From: an uncultured Acholeplasmataceae bacterium
GTDB lineage: Bacteria; Bacillota_I; Bacilli_A; Acholeplasmatales; Acholeplasmataceae
Length of the DNA stretch: 64,000 nt
Assembly: GCA_963541505.1 (NCBI GenBank)
Contig: CAUTSJ010000003.1
Location: 590 to 64,589, forward strand
Direction of reading: 5' to 3'
Shown: positions 44,120 through 52,272 of the stretch, piece by piece
Numbering within the stretch: position 1 is the first letter of the stretch
Layout: each line of letters begins with the position of its first letter
Position numbers and translations under genes: made by a program
The notes under the pieces: generated by a model
What the model was told of the DNA's origin: nothing
The model's input: only the letters and a program-made list of their open reading frames with translations
Databases searched by the model: none

Positions 44120-44923
44120 ATGAATTTAAAAAATAAAAAAAGATTGGCAGATGCCTCTATTTTTGCGGTGTTTGCCGCACTTATTGTCTTGTTTTCTTGG
44201 GTTCCGCAAATCGGTTTTATTCAAATACCACCGGTTTCGCTAACTATAATTCCTGTGTTTGTGCTGCTTTCTTTAGGTGTTTTGCCGTGGTACTACACAG
44301 TTTTACTTGCAAGTATTTTTGGACTAAACTCCTGGCTTTACGCCCTGGCTTTTGCAACTTCTCCAATAGACCTGGCGTTTCAAAACTTTTTAGTCGCAGT
44401 TCCCGCCCGAGTTTTCTTCGGTTTTGTTGCTGTTTTTATCTACGCTATATTTAGAAAAATCGGTGAAGATAGAATTTGGAAAAAAGCAGTTTTGTTTACG
44501 CTTTATCTTATTTTCTTTGGAGTTGTTTATTTTGCGTTAGTCCAACTTACTAAAACCTACAGTCTTGGCATGAAAATATTTGTATCTACGCTAACTTCTG
44601 TTTTATTTATAGGTTCTCTTATTTTGTTTGTCTTGACCTTTAAAAAACAAACTTTAGTTATTGCCAATACCGTAATTTTAAGTCAAATAATTTATTCAAC
44701 AATGGTGTTAGGAGCTCTATTTTTATATTTGTATGTCAAAAAACTCTATCCGCCAAATGCTGGTAAGTTATTTTTATCTATAATTTCTTTTAACACAGTT
44801 TTAGAAACCCTGCTTTCGCTGTTAATTTGTGTGCCAATTTACACCGTAGTTCAATTTACTTACAAAGAACACTTTTTAAATAAGGCTGAAAATCTAGATG
44901 AAGCGATTACTGATGACGAGTGA
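44120..44923 (+). CDS. Polytopic membrane protein, ECF-transporter S-component-like; substrate unknown
   Basis: 267 aa with about 6-7 TM helices. It lies between queA and coaX, so a queuosine-precursor or pantothenate uptake role is only a guess from context. Confidence 0.5.
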   Translation: MNLKNKKRLADASIFAVFAALIVLFSWVPQIGFIQIPPVSLTIIPVFVLLSLGVLPWYYTVLLASIFGLNSWLYALAFATSPIDLAFQNFLVAVPARVFFGFVAVFIYAIFRKIGEDRIWKKAVLFTLYLIFFGVVYFALVQLTKTYSLGMKIFVSTLTSVLFIGSLILFVLTFKKQTLVIANTVILSQIIYSTMVLGALFLYLYVKKLYPPNAGKLFLSIISFNTVLETLLSLLICVPIYTVVQFTYKEHFLNKAENLDEAITDDE

Positions 44924-45665
44924 ATTTTTTTTAATAGACATTGGCAACACCAGAGTAAAAACTGCTGTTTTTTCAGAAAACAAAATAAAAGCGATAACCT
45001 CAGTTTTAACTAAAGATTTTGATAGAAAACTTGCTGATACTTTAATTAAAGACTGTGTAATTAAAAAAACACAAATTTACTTTATTTCAGTTGTGCCAAA
45101 AGCAACAGAAATTTTAACCGCAGTTTTAAAAGAACAAAAATGTCAGTTTACAGAACTAACTTATTTGAAATTACCAGTAGAAATTAAAGAAAATTTCCCA
45201 AGCGATATTGGTGCTGACCTCTTGGCTTTAATTTTTTCGGTATCAGAAAATGAACGCACTTTGATTGCCGATATTGGTACTTTTAATAAATACTTGCTGA
45301 TATCTAAAAATCAAATAGAAAGTGCTGCAATTTCGCCTGGCTACAATTTAAAATACAGCCTGATTTCCAAAGGAGCTTTGCTTTCCGAGCACACCCCAAA
45401 AATTCCGGAAAGTTTGCTTGGCAATACCACCAAAGATTGCCTAGATAGTGGGATTTACTTCTCGTCGTGTTTTGAAATTTCTGAATTTTTGCGTATAATA
45501 TATAAAGATCATCCAACCATAAAATCAGTTTATTTAACTGGTGGTTCTGCTCAGTTTTTTTTAAAAAAACTAAAAGGAAATCTACCTTTAAAATACGACG
45601 ATACTTTAGTTTTTAAAGGCATGATTAAACTGGCTAATTTAATTTTAGGAGGAAAAAATGGCTGA
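44898..45665 (+). CDS. coaX: Type III pantothenate kinase
   Basis: FLIDIGNTRVK N-terminal ASKHA motif and a C-terminal LTGGSA. The start could be ATG 44898 or 44913. It overlaps the upstream gene. Confidence 0.8.
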   Translation: MKRLLMTSEFFLIDIGNTRVKTAVFSENKIKAITSVLTKDFDRKLADTLIKDCVIKKTQIYFISVVPKATEILTAVLKEQKCQFTELTYLKLPVEIKENFPSDIGADLLALIFSVSENERTLIADIGTFNKYLLISKNQIESAAISPGYNLKYSLISKGALLSEHTPKIPESLLGNTTKDCLDSGIYFSSCFEISEFLRIIYKDHPTIKSVYLTGGSAQFFLKKLKGNLPLKYDDTLVFKGMIKLANLILGGKNG

Positions 45666-47352
45666 TAAAAAATTAAGTTTAGAAACGGAAGTCTATACAC
45701 AGTGGTTAAACCAAGAAAAACTTCCTCAATACCTACAAGACGAATTAAAGAAATTTGGCAAAAAAGAAATCAAAGAGTCTTTTTATAAAGACTTGGAATT
45801 TGGAACAGGTGGTCTGCGTGGGCTAATTGGACCTGGTACTAACCGTATGAACATCTTTACAGTTAGACGTTGCTCAAAAGGTCTGGCTGACTATATTTTG
45901 GAAACCAAAACTTATAAAGACCAAGGTGTGGTGATTTGTTATGATAACCGCCACCACTCAAAAGACTTTGCAGAAGAAGCCGCAAGCGTGCTTGCTAACG
46001 CTGGCATTAAGGTGTATTTATTTAAAGAACTTCGCCCTACCCCAATGGTTTCGTTTGCGGTTCGTTATCTAAACGCTGGATTTGGTGTAATGGTAACTGC
46101 TTCTCACAACCCAAAAGAATACAACGGATATAAAGTTTACAACCACACAGGTGCACAACTGGAAGTTGACGAGGCTAATGCCGTAGTTGAGAAAATTAAT
46201 GCAATTAAAGACTTGTTTTCAATAGAAACAGAGCACGACCCTAAACTAATTGAGTATGTTCTTGAAGACGTTGAAAAAGCATTCTTTAAGGCTTGCGATA
46301 AAATTCAGTTAAATAAACCAAAAGACCCAGTTTCTGTGCTGTTTTCGCCAGTTCACGGAACAGGGGCTACAATTATTCCGCGTTATTTGGAACAAAAAGG
46401 TTTTAACGTTGTTAAATACCTACCACATATGACAATTGACCCAGATTTCCCAAATGTTAAAGTTGTCAACCCTGAGTTTATCAAAGCCTGGGATGGGCTT
46501 TATCCTTACGCTCAAAAAGAAAACTGCGAACTGATTTTGATGTCAGACCCAGATGCAGACCGCATAGGTGTGGCCGTTAAACACAACAAAGACTTTGTGT
46601 TCTTAAACGGAAACCAAATGGCGCATGCTCTGCTTTACTACACACTTTCTCAACGCAAAGAAAAAGGAACTCTGCCTAAAGACGGAGTTGTAATTTCAAC
46701 TGTAGTTACTACTGACTTGCTTCGTGTGATGACCGAAGACTTTGGCCTTAAGTTTGTCTACACTTTAACCGGCTTTAAGTTTATTGCTGGTGAAATGAAT
46801 AAACTAAAAGAAGGACAATACGTATTTGGCTGCGAAGAGTCAATTGGCTTCATTTTAGGTGAACACACTAGAGATAAAGACGCACTGCAAGCCGCTTACA
46901 TGTTTTCAGAACTTGCATCTTGGCTAAAGGGTCGCAACCAAACAATTGTGGATTATTTGGACGAAATTTATGAAAAATACGGATATTATCTTGAGTACAC
47001 TGAAAATATTGTCTTAAAGGGTTTTGAAGGTGCTGAACGTATCCAGCGAATTGTTCAAAACTTCCGCGAAACTGGACTTGAGTTAAAAGGACATACTATT
47101 GTCAAAGTAGAAGACTACAAGGCACAAACCAGAACTTATCAAGAAGGCAAAGTTGAAAAAATTACTCTGCCTAAACAAAACTTCTTAAAATACTACCTAG
47201 AAGATGGCTCTTGGGTAACAGTGCGTCCTTCTGGCACTGAGCCAAAAATTAAAATCTACTTTTCTGTTCATACCTCTTCAAAAGCCAAATCAGTTGAAGA
47301 ACTTGAATCAATTAAGAGTCAAGTTCTGAAAAAGATTAAAAAAATTAAATAA
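45658..47352 (+). CDS. Phosphoglucomutase/phosphomannomutase family protein
   Basis: 564 aa with phosphoserine loop TASHNPKEYNGYK, metal loop DPDADR and sugar loop GCEESIG. Confidence 0.9.
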   Translation: MADKKLSLETEVYTQWLNQEKLPQYLQDELKKFGKKEIKESFYKDLEFGTGGLRGLIGPGTNRMNIFTVRRCSKGLADYILETKTYKDQGVVICYDNRHHSKDFAEEAASVLANAGIKVYLFKELRPTPMVSFAVRYLNAGFGVMVTASHNPKEYNGYKVYNHTGAQLEVDEANAVVEKINAIKDLFSIETEHDPKLIEYVLEDVEKAFFKACDKIQLNKPKDPVSVLFSPVHGTGATIIPRYLEQKGFNVVKYLPHMTIDPDFPNVKVVNPEFIKAWDGLYPYAQKENCELILMSDPDADRIGVAVKHNKDFVFLNGNQMAHALLYYTLSQRKEKGTLPKDGVVISTVVTTDLLRVMTEDFGLKFVYTLTGFKFIAGEMNKLKEGQYVFGCEESIGFILGEHTRDKDALQAAYMFSELASWLKGRNQTIVDYLDEIYEKYGYYLEYTENIVLKGFEGAERIQRIVQNFRETGLELKGHTIVKVEDYKAQTRTYQEGKVEKITLPKQNFLKYYLEDGSWVTVRPSGTEPKIKIYFSVHTSSKAKSVEELESIKSQVLKKIKKIK

Positions 47353-47366
47353 GAAAGGTTGATTTT

Positions 47367-48611
47367 GTGGACTTTCAAAAAAGACGAACTAATTTATTTA
47401 ATTTGCTGCCAGTAGGTTCAATTACTCTGGTATTCTCTGGTTTTGAGTTAAAGTACTCAGCAGACCAAACTTTTCCGTTTGAAGTAAACCGCGATTTTTA
47501 TTATTTAACCGGAGTTAATGAAGACAACTGCGTGCTTTGCTTAGTTAAAGGCAAAGACAAAACTCAAACTATTTTATTTAAAGAAGAAACTGACCCGACA
47601 ATTGCCCTTTGGGTAGGCGAACGCCTGACCTTAAAGGGAGCCGGCGAAATTGCAAAAATTGACACAGTTTTAAATATCTCTAAATTAAAAGGATACATTC
47701 AAGGCTTAACCGAGGCTACTCGCTCTGCTGTATTTGGAGAGATCAGCACTCTTTACTTAAACTTAGAGACCGACTTTTTGTATTCAGACAGCTACAGGTT
47801 TGCAGACTTTGTTAAACAAACTCTGCCACAACTAACAATTCAAAACGTTCACCAGAAAATCGCCAGTCTGAGAATGATTAAAGACAAAGAAGAGATTAAG
47901 TGCTTACAAAAAGCAGTTGACGTCACAGCAGACGCGCTTGCTGCCATTCGCAAAAACATTAAGTCTGGAATTTATGAATACGACATTGAAGCGGAATATA
48001 ACTACGTACTTAAGAAAAACAACACCAGAACTTCGTTTGCTTCAATTATTGGAAGTGGTAAAAACTCAACTACCTTGCACTACGTGGTCAACTCAGACAA
48101 AGTAGAGCCAAATACTTTATGTGTTTGCGATGTGGGTGTGAACTTCCAAAATTACGCTTCAGATATCACCAGAACTTACCCAGTTGACGGTAAATTTACC
48201 GCGAGACAAAAACAAATTTACAATATCGTGCTAAAAGCCCAAACTAAAGCAATGGCAGCGCTTAGACCGGGCCTGACTTGGTCTGAGTATAACAAAATTG
48301 CCCGCGATGTCTTAATTGAAGAAAGTTTAAAAATTGGCATAATTAAAAAGCCTGAAGAAATTGGCAAATATTACTACCACTCAGTCGGACATTTTTTAGG
48401 TCTAGATGTTCACGATACTGGTGATTACACTAAACCAATGGAAGCAGGAATGTATTTAACCTGTGAACCTGGTCTCTATATAGCAGATGAAAAAATTGGA
48501 GTTAGAATAGAAGACGATATTTTAATTACTAAAGACGGACATGTTTGCTTGTCTTCAGGAATTGAAAAAGACCCAGATAAAATTGAAAAGCTGCTAACCT
48601 GTCAAAAATAA
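47367..48611 (+). CDS. pepP: Xaa-Pro aminopeptidase (M24B)
   Basis: 414 aa with a GTG start after an AAAGG RBS. Metal-ligand contexts are DVGVNFQNYASDITRT, HSVGHFLGLDVHD, CEPGLY and RIEDD. Confidence 0.85.
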   Translation: MDFQKRRTNLFNLLPVGSITLVFSGFELKYSADQTFPFEVNRDFYYLTGVNEDNCVLCLVKGKDKTQTILFKEETDPTIALWVGERLTLKGAGEIAKIDTVLNISKLKGYIQGLTEATRSAVFGEISTLYLNLETDFLYSDSYRFADFVKQTLPQLTIQNVHQKIASLRMIKDKEEIKCLQKAVDVTADALAAIRKNIKSGIYEYDIEAEYNYVLKKNNTRTSFASIIGSGKNSTTLHYVVNSDKVEPNTLCVCDVGVNFQNYASDITRTYPVDGKFTARQKQIYNIVLKAQTKAMAALRPGLTWSEYNKIARDVLIEESLKIGIIKKPEEIGKYYYHSVGHFLGLDVHDTGDYTKPMEAGMYLTCEPGLYIADEKIGVRIEDDILITKDGHVCLSSGIEKDPDKIEKLLTCQK

Positions 48612-48627
48612 ATAAGTATTTTTCTTC

Positions 48628-48654
48628 AAAAAAACGCCTGATTAGGCGTTTTTT
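48628..48654. terminator. Bidirectional-type terminator after pepP (copy 1 of a duplicated element)
   Basis: A7-CGCCTGATTAGGCG-T6. A near-identical copy lies at 50677-50703. Confidence 0.8.
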
Positions 48655-48838
48655 ACTATTTTAGTTAAATTAAAATTCCCAATGGCATCCACTATATTAA
48701 ACCTGGCCTAAAATTCTATTTGTTAGATTCAAAGATTACGCAAATTTTAGGCTATAAACCCATTTTTAGCACAAGAATTTAAAATTTTTTTGAACTCAGG
48801 ATTAGTTATATTATTGTGAAAAGTTCAGGTATTTTTTT

Positions 48839-48898
48839 GTGTAAATGTCGGTGTAAATGTCGGTGTAAATGTCGGTGTAAATGTCGGTGTAAATGTCG
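48839..48898. repeat. Perfect 5 x 12-bp tandem repeat (GTGTAAATGTCG)
   Basis: Five identical units counted directly. A partial sixth (..ATTGTCGC) lies 14 nt downstream. The array ends 55 nt upstream of the ATG at 48954. Confidence 0.95.
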
Positions 48899-48953
48899 CA
48901 TTTTAATTGAAAATTGTCGCTAGATATGATATTTTAATTTTATGGAGGTAGTT

Positions 48954-50276
48954 ATGCTGGTTGAATCTAATAAAGTTGAATTAAAGGTAAAATACACTAA
49001 CCAAATTGTAAAAGAAATTGTCGCATTTTTGAATGCAGAGGGTGGAAAAATATACATAGGTGTCGATAATGATGGAAAAGTTGTCGGTGTTTCTAATATT
49101 GACCAAATTTTAAGGTCAATTTGCGACATTATCGCTACCCAAATAGAACCAAGCGCGCAAGAGATGGTAAAAACAGAACTAGAAAGCATAAACGGCATTC
49201 TTGTTGTGGTGGTAAATGTAAAAAAAGGTATATCTCCCTTGTATTGTATAAAAAAGTATGGTTTTTCAACAAGCGGATGTGCAATTAGAGTATGTTCTTC
49301 TTCAAGAGAAATGGATACAGAGCAAATCAGGGCAAGATATAAACAAAAATTTTTTGACGACGATGTTTTAGCCTCTTCTGCTACTAACTTACCAATTTTA
49401 TCGTTTCAAACTTTGAAAAACTCCTATTTAGAATTCGGCTATAAATTAAATGAAGAAACTTTTGAAACTAATCTAACGCTAATAAACAGTAGCGGTAAAT
49501 ACAACAAAATGGCAGAACTGCTTTCTGATAATAATCGATTTTCTTTAATATTTGTAAAATTTAGTGGAAAAACTAAAGCAGCGTTATCACAAAGAAGTAA
49601 TTATGGAAACAAATCAATAATTTTTGGATATCGCCAACTTATGAACAGAATTGCTGCGGAAAACATATGTCTTTCAGATACTTCAGTTAGACCAAGAAAA
49701 GACACATTTTTATTTCATTACGACAGTGTAAATGAAGCTATTGTTAACGCAATAGTTCACAATGATTGGTCTATTGCAGAACCTCAAGTTTCATTTTTTA
49801 GCGATAGAATTGAAATTTTATCCCACGGAGGTCTTCCATATAACTTAAAATTAAAAGATTTTTTTCTAGGTATTAGTAAACCTAGAAATGCTAAGTTAAT
49901 GAAGATTTTTTCAGATCTAGATATAGTAGACCACACAGGACACGGCATTCCGATTATTATTAAAAACTATGGCAAAGGTGTTTTTGAAATTAGCGATAAT
50001 TACATTATTGTGTCTATACCTTTCAACGAAAAAGTTGCTAAAGAAATTAAAACAGGTATTAACGTTTCTCTAGAAATGGACTTAAAATTAAATAAGATTG
50101 AACAAAAAATTACTTTATTACTTTTAAAAGATCCAACACTAACTACTGATAAAATCGCAGCATTACTACATAAAACAAAGAGAACTGTGGAACGATATTT
50201 AAAAGGACTAAAGGAAAAAGGTTATATTAAAAGAGAAGGTGCAGACAAAAAAGGTAATTGGGTTGTTTTAAAATAA
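48954..50276 (+). CDS. AlbA_2 (Schlafen-like) domain / HATPase_c_4 / C-terminal wHTH protein
   Basis: The start is taken at the ATG after the GGAGG RBS. The N-terminus ESNKVELKVKY..IVKEIVAFLNAEGGKIYIGVDNDGKVVGV is the AlbA_2 signature. NAIVHNDWS...FFSDRIEILSHGGLP is the HATPase_c_4-type core. The C-terminal ..IAALLHKTKRTVERYLKGLKEKGYIKREG is a wHTH. Confidence 0.8.
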   Translation: MLVESNKVELKVKYTNQIVKEIVAFLNAEGGKIYIGVDNDGKVVGVSNIDQILRSICDIIATQIEPSAQEMVKTELESINGILVVVVNVKKGISPLYCIKKYGFSTSGCAIRVCSSSREMDTEQIRARYKQKFFDDDVLASSATNLPILSFQTLKNSYLEFGYKLNEETFETNLTLINSSGKYNKMAELLSDNNRFSLIFVKFSGKTKAALSQRSNYGNKSIIFGYRQLMNRIAAENICLSDTSVRPRKDTFLFHYDSVNEAIVNAIVHNDWSIAEPQVSFFSDRIEILSHGGLPYNLKLKDFFLGISKPRNAKLMKIFSDLDIVDHTGHGIPIIIKNYGKGVFEISDNYIIVSIPFNEKVAKEIKTGINVSLEMDLKLNKIEQKITLLLLKDPTLTTDKIAALLHKTKRTVERYLKGLKEKGYIKREGADKKGNWVVLK

Positions 50277-50440
50277 CTATAACTTATTTAGTAGTAAAGT
50301 TATAAGCGTATAAAATTACTAATTTAAATTTATAGTGTATTAACACAATATTTTATGGTTCTAAATGTCATTTTAAGCATAAATGTTGATAAAAAAATAT
50401 AATTAAATAGTGAGATTTTTCGACTTTAAAAAGGAGAAAT

Positions 50441-50563
50441 ATGAAAACAAATAAACAAAAAACTATTATTTTAGTTAACTCAATTTTGATAGGTACCCCC
50501 TTTCCTTTGTCCAGGAAACGGGGTATCTATCACTTTCCTATTTTCTTGTCTTATATTAACTAA
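50441..50563 (+). CDS. Possible 40-aa small ORF (MKTNKQKTIILVNSILIGTPFPLSRKRGIYHFPIFLSYIN)
   Basis: A strong RBS AAAGGAGAAAT lies before the ATG. The ORF contains the long hairpin at 50488-50531. Coding status is unproven. Confidence 0.25.
   Translation: MKTNKQKTIILVNSILIGTPFPLSRKRGIYHFPIFLSYIN
50488..50531. other. Long imperfect hairpin (12 + 5 bp stem, 8-nt loop), locally GC-rich
   Basis: GATAGGTACCCC-c-TTTCC-tttgtcca-GGAAA-c-GGGGTATCTATC, with one G-T pair and one C/C mismatch. Confidence 0.8.
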
Positions 50564-50676
50564 AATTTATCAATAGTTTTTGATACTGTTGTCGGTATTT
50601 TTATAAAACCCTGCCCCCTTTTTTCTTTATGCTTTAACGATGTTATAACTTCTTCAACAAAGGAGTTAACAAACAT

Positions 50677-50703
50677 AAAAAAACGCCTAACTAGGCGTTT
50701 TTT
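50677..50703. terminator. Bidirectional-type terminator (copy 2), serving the minus-strand operon ending at 50842
   Basis: A7-CGCCTAACTAGGCG-T6, 25/27 identical to 48628-48654. Confidence 0.75.
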
Positions 50704-50841
50704 AAAACAGCAGTATGCTCAATTGTAGTAAAATCTATTTTTGACTGAAAGTTCACTATATTTTTTTATTTTAGTTAAATTAGTTAAATCTTTTAAAGTG
50801 ATACATGGAAAATTTTTCCCATTATTTTACAAGAATTGATA

Positions 50842-51495
50842 TTATTTTGTATTGTAAAAAATTTTAATTTGCTTTAAATCATATATGAACTTGTTGTGTT
50901 TCATATGCTTAAACTCAAAATGTTGTTTGGTAAAAGACTTTACGAACTGAAAAAACATACTAATTATAAAAAAGAAGAACACAGCAAAAACTAAAAAGAT
51001 AATCAGTTTCCAAAAACCATACTTATCGTAAAGCGCTTTACAAACAAGTGTAACAATCAAATAATAAAGAGAGCTAAGTATTGTTATTGCTTTGTTGAAA
51101 CTAACAGAAAAATTGCTTTTTTGTTTGTCCTTCGCCTCTTCTATCAATAAATTAAGAATATCAGTTTTTTGAATATTGACACCACAACTTTCAAGAACCT
51201 CAATCACTTCTTTAATGTATGCTTCTGAGTTTTCGCATTCATTTTCTGTATCAACATTATTTGCTTTATTTTTAAAAGCCAAAAAAAGCAAAAAAATTAA
51301 AAATACAGTCAATAAAATAGAGAAGCTTGCCAAATATACTAATTGAGCATTAAAGATGTAAAACAAAAACAAAGCAGCGATTACTAACATAAACAAAACA
51401 AATAAGACCAAGGCAAATTTAGTTTTTAGTGGCATTTTTTGCTTTTTGTTTTCAAGCAAAGAACAATATCTTGAAAATAAAATATCAAAATTCAC
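50842..51495 (-). CDS. Hypothetical polytopic membrane protein
   Basis: 217 aa with two N-terminal and two C-terminal TM helices flanking an acidic soluble segment. It overlaps the tatD stop by 4 nt. Confidence 0.55.
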   Translation of the reverse strand: MNFDILFSRYCSLLENKKQKMPLKTKFALVLFVLFMLVIAALFLFYIFNAQLVYLASFSILLTVFLIFLLFLAFKNKANNVDTENECENSEAYIKEVIEVLESCGVNIQKTDILNLLIEEAKDKQKSNFSVSFNKAITILSSLYYLIVTLVCKALYDKYGFWKLIIFLVFAVFFFFIISMFFQFVKSFTKQHFEFKHMKHNKFIYDLKQIKIFYNTK

Positions 51496-52268
51496 AATAA
51501 CTCCACACCCAACATTTTTACTAAGTTATTTTTAACATTTTCTTTTAATTGACTAACGTTTACTTCTTTAATTTCAGCAATAGTCCTGTAAGTCTCTTCA
51601 ACCATATAAGGTAAACATTTTTTTCCTCTATATTTACCTGGTGCTAAAAAAGGACTATCTGTTTCTATCAGTAAGTTGCTAAGCGGAATTTCTTTTACCA
51701 CTTCTCTTAAAGCATCTGCATTTTTAAAAGTAACTATCCCAGTTATTCCTATCATAAACTGCATTTTATCAACAAACTTCAAAGCAATATCTAAATCACC
51801 GTCAAAACAATGAATAGAGCCTTTTAACTTACCATGATACGGATAAATTAAGTCAAAAACTTCCCTGTAGGCGTTTCTTCCGTGAATAACTACAGGTATT
51901 TTGTTTTTAGCAGCGAACTCAATTTGTTTTAAAAAAATCTTCTTTTGCAGATCAAAATTATCTTGACGCCAATAAAGGTCTATTCCAATTTCTCCAAACC
52001 CTACAACTATATCTTTGTTTTTATGCCAAAGTTCAATTAACTCCTCAAAACTGTCTTGGCAGTTTTGAGGATCAATTCCAATAGTTGCAAAAGTTTTGTA
52101 TTTGCGTGCTAGTTCAACAGTGTGTGCGTTGTCGCTTGCACCAGTTCCGCAAATTATGTATTTAGTGTTGTTTTCTTTGCATTTTTGTTCGTTTTCTTCA
52201 CACATCCTATCCTGTTCTTTTTCAATAGAGGCAAGATGAGCGTGGTAGTCAATAAAAGGTGTGCCCAC
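51492..52268 (-). CDS. tatD: TatD-family metal-dependent hydrolase
   Basis: 258 aa with IDYHAHL, GEIGIDLYW, VVIHGRNA, SIHCFDG and ETDSPFLAP motifs. Confidence 0.87.
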   Translation of the reverse strand: MGTPFIDYHAHLASIEKEQDRMCEENEQKCKENNTKYIICGTGASDNAHTVELARKYKTFATIGIDPQNCQDSFEELIELWHKNKDIVVGFGEIGIDLYWRQDNFDLQKKIFLKQIEFAAKNKIPVVIHGRNAYREVFDLIYPYHGKLKGSIHCFDGDLDIALKFVDKMQFMIGITGIVTFKNADALREVVKEIPLSNLLIETDSPFLAPGKYRGKKCLPYMVEETYRTIAEIKEVNVSQLKENVKNNLVKMLGVELL

Positions 52269-52272
52269 TATG

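Noticed and set aside
48839-48898. Possible CRISPR array
   Set aside because: The 12-bp units are directly adjacent with no spacers. The unit length is far below CRISPR repeat size, and no cas genes are present in the window.
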